Source of the DNA: a bacterium
GTDB taxonomy: Bacteria > Verrucomicrobiota > Kiritimatiellia > RFP12 > UBA1067
Assembly (NCBI GenBank): GCA_037133395.1
Contig: JBAXOG010000004.1
Location: forward strand, 19-64,018
Direction of reading: 5' to 3'
DNA: 64,000 nucleotides
Below are positions 30,701 to 38,400 of the stretch, one piece after another (position 1 is the first letter of the stretch; each line of letters begins with the position of its first letter). The position numbers and the translations under genes were made by a program. Under the pieces are notes generated by a model. That model saw only the letters and a program-made list of their open reading frames with translations, made no database searches and was not told where the DNA came from.

Positions 30701-33700
30701 ATACAAGTAGTATTACAGCCCGCTTCTATTCGCCTAAAGCGATGTTCTTCTGGCCGGCAACATTTATACCGCTTTTCACGTTCTCGTTCGAGATGAACGA
30801 AGGGTATGATACGGATAACGACGGGGGTTCGGATAAGGATGAACTGATTACCAACCGAGGGGCGAAGTCTGACCCGCGCGACAGTGAAGACCCGCTTCGC
30901 CGTCAGGCGCTTTGGTTCAGCGGAACCAATTCTGCTGCCGTGACACCTTATATATACTCGGATTACACCTCCGCTTCTGGGGCGGCTTTCTGGAATATGG
31001 ATCAGGCATTCCGAAGTTTCACTGTTGAACTGTGGGCGCGTCCCGAATGGTCGACCAATAATAATGTTCAGATTTTGATTGAACGCGTATTTAACTATGG
31101 GCAGTCCGACGCCAGCCAGGTTGTTGGGCAACGTCTGCGTCGCAACTTCCTGATCGGTATTGAGACAGATGGCCGCGTTTTTGGCGGTTTCGACAATGCC
31201 GGTGGGCATGACGAACATACCGATACGGTTCGTTTCTACGGTGATAAGGTTGCTTCTAACACGTGGGTTCACATAGTAGCCCGTATGGATGGACGTACTC
31301 AGTTGTTCACGCTTTTTGTCAACGGCGTTTCTCAGGGTGATATGGCGACGTCTCTGATCCCGGCCACGGGTATTGATGCGGTTCGGCTCTACCCGACACA
31401 AAGTGAAACAAATACTATCGTCTATCGGCGAGGATCGTTGACAATAGGTGCTGGAAGCACCGCTCTTTCGTCACTTGGCATCGGCATTGGTTCTTCCATG
31501 TCTTGGTTGACTGCATGGTCGAACTATAATAATTTCTATCGTGGCTGGATCGATGAAGTGCGTGTCTGGGATGGTGCGCGAAGCAATACGGAAATCAGCG
31601 ATAACTTCAAGAAGCGTTTCACGCGCGAGGATATCCTTGCGAATCGGACGAAGATTCTGGCAGAGCTGAACAGTGGTGCAGGACGTAGTGCACTCTCGTT
31701 GAATAATTACTTGTCGCCGATCTTGTTGAATTACTATACCTTCAACAATTTGTTTAGTGCGAATGAGGATCCGTATGTCGCGACGGTGCCGCGTGGCTTT
31801 AATAGTACAGCGCTTAATGCGAATCGTCCGAGCGGTAATGCAACGGGTGCAACCGTCGGGTGGTGGAATCGATGTGTTGTGAAAAGTACGGTTTATACAA
31901 ACTTTAACTATCTGCCATGGATTGAGAACTTGGTTGCACACCTGCCGCGTGTGACATTGCTCACGAGCACGAATGGTGCGACGACTACTTATGTGAATGA
32001 CAATGTTGTCTCTGATTCCATTTACTGGACACGCCGTGCGGCAGGGAACATTGAAACGCAGAACAGCTTCCCGAACAATAATAACCCTTATGGTTTCTTG
32101 TACAATACAACCCTAAATGGCGTAATATACAACGTAGCTCAATCCGTTGACCTGCTACCGATTGGTATGGCTTGGGCGAAACAGTGTGTTGACTTCTGGG
32201 ATGACAAGGGAGCTTCAGGCAACTGGCTGGAAAACAGCGGGACAACTGATGACGGTCTGCCGTCGTGGTGGATAACGTTACATGGTACAACAGGCGGCTG
32301 GAATGACCTCTATACGGGTAGCGATGCTTTTTATAAAACGAGCGGCATGACCAACGGCGAGGTGTATCAACGCAACTTAGCTAAAGGCATGTTGCCGAGC
32401 GCAACCACGACCTCGGACTTCAATACATCGTATGCACAGACTGCTGACAGCAGTGGCAGTGGCATACCGGACTGGTGGAAGAATATCTATGGTCTCAGCT
32501 TAGCGGCTAAAACAGGCGCGAATGGTCCCCTAGGCGATCCAGACATGGATGGGTTATCCAACTATGCGGAATACCAGATTTCAGAAGTGTACAAGTTCCG
32601 GTATTCAAGTCCGATCAAGTTTAAGACGGATCCTGCTCAGCCATTGTCTGACTACTTCATGAAGCCAACGGGTGGTAAACTGACCCTGGGTGCCATGTTC
32701 TCTGACCACGATTTTATTGAAGATTGGTGGGAAGAGCTGTACTCGCCAACGGCGGCAAATCCTTATGTGTATGATTCGAAGACAGACTATGATTTTGATG
32801 GTTGGTCGAATTGGGCTGAAGCCCGTTACAGTCAAGCCATTGCAACCGTTCGCCCGGATCTCAGTGAACTGGTCATGGTCAATGGGATCAGGACATACGA
32901 ATTTCCGATTCCGGTTGTTGATACTCGCCTCAACTATAAGGGGATCGAGACCAGCGGAAATGTTGTGATTCAAGCATTTTCAAGTTCGTCTATGAATGGG
33001 GATCCAGACGCAACATGGAAGATCGCCTTTGGACAAGCAGGCGTTCAGGCAAATACGGTGCCACTCGGGTTTTATGAGGACAAGACGATTCGTGCTCGCC
33101 TCTCGCCAGGGTCGGTCGTTCCAGGAACGATTCACCTCCAGTTGACGGATACGTGGACAGGGGTAACTGCAACCACAGGTTTTGACAAGGGTGGTGTCAT
33201 CTATTCCATGGATGTCAATAATGTTTGGGAACCGATGGGAACCATCAATTATATTACAGGCGAAATGGTCTTTGACATGGGGACAAGCAGAGACATTATC
33301 CTTGATGCGGCGTCATACCCAACTAATCGTGATAGTTATGTTGAAGCTGCCATCTCTTACTTCGAGATGACCTATAGTACCAAGTTGCCGTCTGGCTGGC
33401 CGCAACATATCTACTTGGGTCGTGCGGCAACGGGTGCATTGAAGGAAGGAAAGAACTATTTCTTTGCCTTTATCGATGCTGATGCTAATGGCGCCTGGGA
33501 TGCCGGCGAACCAGCAGGCATCGGGACACCGTTTGAGACAGAAATTGGATGGGACGCGAATGCGCTTGATATCCAGTTGACGGATTATACACCGAATAAC
33601 CTGCGTCTTTCGTTGACCACAGGATTGCGCTCCGAGGATGTCATCTTCGGGACAGGAACTCAGCAAGGCGGTGGACAGCAAGCGGCGACTACAGCCAACG

Positions 33701-35355
33701 GTTACAAGCGCGTCCGCATCATCCGTGCGGCTGTTCAGACCAGTAACTTCACAGAAGGCCCAATCTTTGATAAAACCATTTATGGGCGTGATTATATCCA
33801 TGAAGGTGACCTAATGACCATGCCTTCTTATGCAGGATATGGATTGGATTGGGGCTTCAAAGGTGTTCAGTACCCGAATGCTGTGGGGGCTATTACCTAC
33901 AAGGTGTATGTGGGCGATCAAGACACGGTTACCAACAATACGCTTGTTGCGGCATTTACGAATAAGTTTGACGGTGCGCGTGCCGTACCTACGAGCATTT
34001 TGCCGGCTCATGGCGCGTATGTTTATACCGCGCGTCCAACATTTACGTGGTCGCTGACCTCCACGTATGGCGGCTATAATGCCTTTGCATTTGAAATACG
34101 CCGCGGTTCGACAACAGGGGCTTTGGTTTACCCAATAACGGTGCGTCAAGCGCCCTTGAAGGATACGGCCACCGATAATTACATCTGGGAAGCTCCGTTC
34201 TACATGGGTGATAAAAATGTGGTGAACAACGGTGTCTATTATTGGCGTCTTCAGATGCTGAATCCGAGATACAGTACCAATACGACTACGCCCTCAGAAT
34301 GGTCGTCCTGGAAGATCTTCCGTTGGGATGTCAACCCGCCGTTGTCTCCTGTCGGAACAGCGACGAACCTGAACGGATCGTCGTCGGGGTATGGACAGCT
34401 CAGGGCTATGGTTAAGTACTTTGGAGCAGCAACCAATCTTGCTGATCGCGTAGTATTACAGGCGTTTAATAATCGTGGCTTCACAGGCTTCCCTGCTGGG
34501 CAATTCACGTATGCAGCAAGCCAGACTGGTTTAATCACAAATATGAGTCTGTCTGCGACGAATGCGATCGCGATGCGTGGTCTGACGCCTGGCACTTATT
34601 ATGTGCGTGCCTTCATCGACTCGAACACCAATGGCCTGTTTGATGCGTGGGAATCTTGGGGTTATGCGAATTACTACGGCGAAACAACGTCTCTCTACGA
34701 TGTGCGCCCTGTTGAAGTTTCCTATTCGGCGATTAGTCCGCTAGTGACGATCTACATTGAAGATAGCGATGCGGATCAGGACTGGTTCCCAGATGCCTAT
34801 GAGTATGAACTGAATCCTGCATCAACGAACTTCCTCGAATTGACAGGACCCAACGACGCTTGGAATTATCGCGGGGACTCGGAAATCAATCCTACGAATA
34901 CGGTTTCAGGTGGCTTCTTTAGCATGATGATATCTATGGTGGCTGGCTCAGGCGTTCAACAGGAGTCCGTCCTCAACTTGGTTGTGGGTGAAAGCACGAC
35001 GACCGCGGCGACACCCCCTGCCGTGAAGATCCAGAGTTTGAGCTTCAGCGAGGCTGGTTCGATACTGGACTTTGACTTGACGGCTGGAAAGACAGCGCAA
35101 TCCACGTCGACGTTTATGAAATCGCTACTGGGTGCTCCTGTTGCGTTGAGTGCGGCGACAGGGAAGGTTTATACGTATCGGGTCAGGTTCTCCGCCTCTC
35201 TTGCGACGCCGCGGCCGTGGGAGACGATTGTTAAAGAAGATACAGTCACGGTTGACGCGAATGGCACAAAGACAATCACAAGCGTGATTGACAACATGCC
35301 TGCTGCGGGTACTGGCGGATTCTTCTATGTTGAGATCATAGAGAACATCCAGTAA
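24754..35355 (+). CDS. Giant secreted surface protein (~3530 aa) with Ig/PKD repeats, TSP3-like Ca-binding repeats and a LamG domain
   Basis: Signal peptide ending AYA; PKD motifs WDFGDG and WDWGDG; many DTDxDGxPDGWE repeats; LamG (FTVELWARP...WVHIVA...GWIDEVRVWDGAR); GGAG SD before ATG at 24754. Confidence 0.85.
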   Translation: MNTTTRFTTMIKKMVLPLVACGLMCATGAYAIDPPGDIIGFYSTSANSAFKTPGTTVEFTIRLYGAIVVSNFYGAAWAAPQIRMEVGSDGESSTAYATLVDKTWTVPSNPFDVFNRTDLTFAYVIRPGDMANPLKIWGTPASGFQIVDMQNLIYRRYADGTSSNVTWKVNPALYDQPLDNPLDSNKGIPYLDLDMSAQKISLQTLSFDAANSPSPIVARQPATLWRVKSGATNAPVGVEVIVWTPHTNVLQIVGATQIGSVPGNALSVIIPAGSDYVNFPIKGLDTNASPTIATVYAQRPSDYAKNITGITNFISRSVTILPGSPSISLEFSNGLSSQTLAETHDETEQLEYFQIVLSESHTNDVYVDLSITQQPSTATNIVMTQPSGYFVPAGLERSEKYTFSVRDGTRESARLITPVRITPLATNKYTVVSAGTLFITNVAPTIISDFPPTGYEYTPVTFQWTSLFDVTADLAKGIVFTWDFGDGATRITETNLTSATSGQITKTYKNIGSTARTYLVTLTITDADGGSYTLPTHTITINPPIRPPNVSVVVNRADLTYQEGDTNATYRVVLSEPAQQDTWVQLKCQYPDATSADACLSLLTTNILIRQNFTNSSAYAMTILDGTSVTASGIDIMPTITNAIAKAQYPSAYPGIVMIQNAVPTIDTIPSSQSSTTVPITTFNAIEINKPFTFHYRAADVSADLNGASPIRVMFEFPDFTTTNVVGAIGTVTKTFTLSDLGIQYVRMTATDKDGGVSSIVTFPINVVTPLPPPSVTVVSYPVFIAENDTTAKQLTVMLSQTPASAGISQPVTVYLDMTPTTNTVNGAVSIPTSVTFYTSETTKQVLFTVKDGTQLSASSGFTITPRIATNTAGSTLYTEFQPGQVLVQNVAPVFQQPVDGSTNTVATVGQLRTFNWSVKDVTADLTGMTLDWDWGDGTTTRTIGGSGTTNHTYLSASSQIAVTVIATDKDGDVSRISFYVTVKDSKKVIALPIGPNTTPFNGFTGLGIGTIAATGASPSVYDGVNLFYTFYFGADATDAQLIATPSPKISGVKQSYFFAWDGPLAAFKEPKHVTQPLAPAVTLINLPTPTTGTATGTGTGTTTLSGNSVQVSAIFSIEFEMNDGCGDINQDGIPDKLIQTYFIDPTKTAASATAIDPIWFVNLRGYNDDNDFYPVYPTGDAQGVMDFRPIPNPNTAVDGLAVNAFTAFKEIRGVDGIIGRVENLGPPRGNFNDDPGTNPTLLDTDEDGYPDGWESWFYYQSYKNGRTGSRYDPLNIAQGSRIGWQEIIGAFNPKVGRDKYSDTRWLDDFDNDGLLDIEELTLGTDPTNWDTDGDGMADGWEIIRGFNPCDGRDGLLPAQNNPDGDFFAISTAVRQHIQVVVSSNTVISTNHYLVALDAANTPIYATLTTAYHYGNDSAPWAVGRSNSVAVLTPPNLIAGGPTNEMINALIMHFQVRDEYGFDPRTAWVGTAKGGPVPAGWPYENTDRFGVWVPSHSPNTRPFTAVDEYLLMKFMYELQLNGMVGPNGWIDQVTTHIANNESTRLLVQDAWTRFTTHPRTPDTDATTALSDGVPDGWELYVALPPVSHGVPRPAYGAFLNSPWDPNDYANDVDVDLKPTGDKVTYQSEFWGTDSLKPYQNATLYYGGMTNANLMTGVVTIKRPIGDPDTYWANKLWPTDPWNKDTDGDMVADGAERAFIYGNATVPGPGGGLNPCSIDTDLDGLPDAWELQFAGTPVAADGTTTLPAVIPGQPAIAVTMTINNGQDGTVADQYKDVDLDGLTSYQEYMTQSIRAYRYDIPASGVTDPLTKQVGQPMDITFQISSLFTAVTNVWDPCRFGWPGPTDPLYWMPPAGPNGYCSTDPNNPDSDYDGMDDYYELYHGLNPLLGDGIRLDYLDDRVAYAWIVKGVPQVWYSYNWWMNVQPGTIGFSMDFVRYPWLNGMPDADPDADGLLNLEEMLVANTPLPENYNTDPSPLWMTDPSNTSSITARFYSPKAMFFWPATFIPLFTFSFEMNEGYDTDNDGGSDKDELITNRGAKSDPRDSEDPLRRQALWFSGTNSAAVTPYIYSDYTSASGAAFWNMDQAFRSFTVELWARPEWSTNNNVQILIERVFNYGQSDASQVVGQRLRRNFLIGIETDGRVFGGFDNAGGHDEHTDTVRFYGDKVASNTWVHIVARMDGRTQLFTLFVNGVSQGDMATSLIPATGIDAVRLYPTQSETNTIVYRRGSLTIGAGSTALSSLGIGIGSSMSWLTAWSNYNNFYRGWIDEVRVWDGARSNTEISDNFKKRFTREDILANRTKILAELNSGAGRSALSLNNYLSPILLNYYTFNNLFSANEDPYVATVPRGFNSTALNANRPSGNATGATVGWWNRCVVKSTVYTNFNYLPWIENLVAHLPRVTLLTSTNGATTTYVNDNVVSDSIYWTRRAAGNIETQNSFPNNNNPYGFLYNTTLNGVIYNVAQSVDLLPIGMAWAKQCVDFWDDKGASGNWLENSGTTDDGLPSWWITLHGTTGGWNDLYTGSDAFYKTSGMTNGEVYQRNLAKGMLPSATTTSDFNTSYAQTADSSGSGIPDWWKNIYGLSLAAKTGANGPLGDPDMDGLSNYAEYQISEVYKFRYSSPIKFKTDPAQPLSDYFMKPTGGKLTLGAMFSDHDFIEDWWEELYSPTAANPYVYDSKTDYDFDGWSNWAEARYSQAIATVRPDLSELVMVNGIRTYEFPIPVVDTRLNYKGIETSGNVVIQAFSSSSMNGDPDATWKIAFGQAGVQANTVPLGFYEDKTIRARLSPGSVVPGTIHLQLTDTWTGVTATTGFDKGGVIYSMDVNNVWEPMGTINYITGEMVFDMGTSRDIILDAASYPTNRDSYVEAAISYFEMTYSTKLPSGWPQHIYLGRAATGALKEGKNYFFAFIDADANGAWDAGEPAGIGTPFETEIGWDANALDIQLTDYTPNNLRLSLTTGLRSEDVIFGTGTQQGGGQQAATTANGYKRVRIIRAAVQTSNFTEGPIFDKTIYGRDYIHEGDLMTMPSYAGYGLDWGFKGVQYPNAVGAITYKVYVGDQDTVTNNTLVAAFTNKFDGARAVPTSILPAHGAYVYTARPTFTWSLTSTYGGYNAFAFEIRRGSTTGALVYPITVRQAPLKDTATDNYIWEAPFYMGDKNVVNNGVYYWRLQMLNPRYSTNTTTPSEWSSWKIFRWDVNPPLSPVGTATNLNGSSSGYGQLRAMVKYFGAATNLADRVVLQAFNNRGFTGFPAGQFTYAASQTGLITNMSLSATNAIAMRGLTPGTYYVRAFIDSNTNGLFDAWESWGYANYYGETTSLYDVRPVEVSYSAISPLVTIYIEDSDADQDWFPDAYEYELNPASTNFLELTGPNDAWNYRGDSEINPTNTVSGGFFSMMISMVAGSGVQQESVLNLVVGESTTTAATPPAVKIQSLSFSEAGSILDFDLTAGKTAQSTSTFMKSLLGAPVALSAATGKVYTYRVRFSASLATPRPWETIVKEDTVTVDANGTKTITSVIDNMPAAGTGGFFYVEIIENIQ

Positions 35356-35371
35356 TAGGGATATGTGAATG

Positions 35372-35420
35372 CTCTCTTGTCTAAAGTGATAGGCAAGAGA
35401 GAGTTGTGTTTTGTTTTTTA
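35372..35420 (+). terminator. Hairpin after the giant gene (terminator or processing/stability stem)
   Basis: CTCTCTTGTCTA-aagtga-TAGGCAAGAGAG 12-bp stem (one G-U), followed by T-rich GTTGTGTTTTGTTTTT. Confidence 0.55.
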
Positions 35421-35463
35421 AGGCAGTTCAGGATTTGCGAGATTAAAATGGTTAGTTAGAGTT

Positions 35464-38400
35464 ATGCTTTCACGAGCCCACAGAAGTTTATGGTTAGGAA
35501 TCGCTTGTTCATGTCTGGCGCTTTCGTCGTATGCATTGCGGACAGATCCTGTCTCCGACATGAACCAGGTGAAGGCTCATAGCGTACTCGCCTCGAGCCG
35601 GATAGTGCATGCCCAGCGAGGACTGACACAGCAGCAAAAAGAGAGTCGAGAAACTGCTGAAAAAGAAGAGGTGAAGATCCTTTGGGACGATGCCTTGCAG
35701 GCACCCAGGTCTGTTCGTGGAAAAGACTTAGAAAATAAAAAGTTTACAGGGAAGCGCGGAAGTGTTCTTCGTAATGATCCTGTAGCTTTGCTGGAGTCTG
35801 TCTCGTCGCTTTTTGGCATGACGGACCCCAAAGCAGAATTCATCGCGCGCAAGACGAGTTCGGATCAGCTCGGACATCGGCATGTGAGAATGGGGCAACA
35901 CTATAAAGGATTGCGTGTTGTCGGCGGTGAACTCATCGTTCATTTTGATGCTAAAGGATCAGCCTACGAAGTGAACGGGGAATATATCAAGGATATTCGC
36001 GTTTCACCAACAGCTAAACTGAAAGAGGAAGATGCCCTTCGGTTGGCAAAAGCAGATTTAGAAGCAAGAGGAAATCCCCCTCAAACAGTCGTAAAAGTTC
36101 CAGAACTTGTGGTTTATGCACGAATGAACCTAGAACCACGGTTGGCATACGAGTTAGCATTGAAGTTTCCGGGGACGGGTATCAAATTGCCTGGTTATTG
36201 GCTCTATTGGGTGGACGCAACGGACGGTACCATTATTAACGCATATAACGACATTAAGCAACTTACTCCAAACGCAGTTGGAACAGCAACACCGATAACC
36301 GGGCAGATCATGACTAGAGAAACGCGTGTTACAGGAGATGATGGAAGTCGTACGGTCGGAGGGTGGACTGATGCATCAGGTATGTTTTTCCTACATAATC
36401 CTACGAATCATTGGCAGCTTTTTAATACAGGTGGCGGTGGTTTTTATACAGATGCTTTATCTTATGCTTATCGCCCAACAACAAACTGGGCCAATTCCGA
36501 TCCGGCGGAAATGTCTATCGCTGCCAACGTGAATACTGTGCAACTGTATTTTAGGCAGATCATGGGAAGAAACAGTTGGGATAATAAGGGAACTATGATT
36601 CCTGTCAATGTTCATTACGGAGTGAACTATGTCAATGGATTCTGGGATGGCTCGACCATTTCCATTGGCGATGGGGACAACGTTACAGCAACGTGTCTCG
36701 GCACATTGGATATTATGGGGCATGAGCTTTCGCATGGTGTTACGCAGGCTACAGCAAATTTGGTATATCAAAATGAGTCCGGTGCGCTGAACGAGTCATT
36801 TTCAGATATTTTCGGGACGTGCATTGAGTTTTTTGGACAGCCTGATGGGTCAAGTCTCTATCCGCAGGCAAGCCCGGGTATGGCGGATTGGTTGTGTGGA
36901 GAAGACGCCTGGTTGCGATCTACCGCGCTTCGCGATCTTCGTGACCCCAAAAATGTAACTACCGTAGGAGCAGGGAATCAGCAACCATCACGTTATCAAG
37001 GAGATTTTTGGGGGTATGGAGCCGACGACAATGGGGGCGTCCATCAAAACTCTGGGCCACATAACTTCTTCTTTTATTTACTGTCCCAAGGTGGAATAGG
37101 GACGAATGAGTTATATACATACAATTTTACAGGAATTGGTATCAATAACGCTGAGCAACTGGCCTATCGGGTGTTATCCGCCTATTGCACAGAAAACACA
37201 GATTATAAGGCTATTCGGATTTTATGGTTGAATGCTGCAATGGATATGAATCCGGATTGGATCGGACCGGTTATTCAGGCTTGGGGTGCTGTAATGGGAC
37301 CGACTGCCCCCTTAAAAATCCAAACAGAGAGTCCATTGCCAAACGGTCGGGTTGGCAGTCCATATCAGGTATCGTTTGGTGCATCGGGTGGCATGTTCCC
37401 CGTTTATTCATGGGAGCGGATCTCTGGCCAGTTGCCTGCTAATTTTACGTTTAGTACGAATGGCATTTTGTCAGGATTTTGCGTTGAGCCTAGCACTAAC
37501 ACATTCACGGTTGTTGTTTCCTGTATTGATCACCAGAAAACGACCAATACGTTTGAACTCACCATCCTGCCTGCTTACACCGCGCCTTACAGCGAGGGTT
37601 TTAATGGTGCCATGGAAGGCGAGCTGACGGGATGGCATCAAGAATGTGTTTCAAACGCCATATCGTGGCGTATGCGCATCGGTTCGCCGTCGACTCGTCC
37701 GCCGAGTGCGTTTGAGGGTGAGAAGAACGCCTATCTGGGCGTATTTAATGATAATGGTACCGCAAGTTTTCCGCCTCATGTGACGCGCTTGATCTCCCCG
37801 ATGATTCAGTTTGGGCCGTATGCGCGTGAAGTGCGTGTTTCATTCGCGTATTACTTGGAGGATTGGCCTCCTCTGGATCCTGACCAGTTAAAAGTTTATT
37901 ATAAGACAGCGTGGTCGGATAGCTGGATCGGGCCGATCGCGACCTACACGGCAAATACAGTAGGCTGGACGCAACAGAGCATTACCCTGCCGGAGCCTGC
38001 CTCTGTGGCTGGCGCCGGGAAAGGCGTCTATTTTGCCTTTGAAGGATCTGCTCTTGGAGGACATGGCATCAGCTTGGATGCGATTGTGATCGACGACCCT
38101 GTGCCACCGCTTCACATCAGTACACCGACACCCTTGCCGATCGCACTGTGTGGGACCAATTATACCCTTTCTTCACCGCTCGTCATACTGGAGTCTGTAG
38201 GGGGCTTCACAAATGCGCTTGGACTCACCAATTATCAATATGCGGTGGTAAATGGGACCTCACTGCCCTCTGGTTTTATACTAACACCTGAAGGCGTGAT
38301 TACGGGCCGGTGGAATTCAGTAGTAGCAATGACTAATTTTGATGTTGAAGTGACGGATGGTTTTGCTAAGGCAACTAATACGCTGTCCTTCGCGGTCGAA

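Noticed and set aside
30541-31401. 286-aa antisense ORF within the giant gene; similar long antisense ORFs at 58529-59275, 18737-19357, 22102-22731 and 38557-39231
   Set aside because: They shadow well-supported genes on the opposite strand and show no recognisable motifs.
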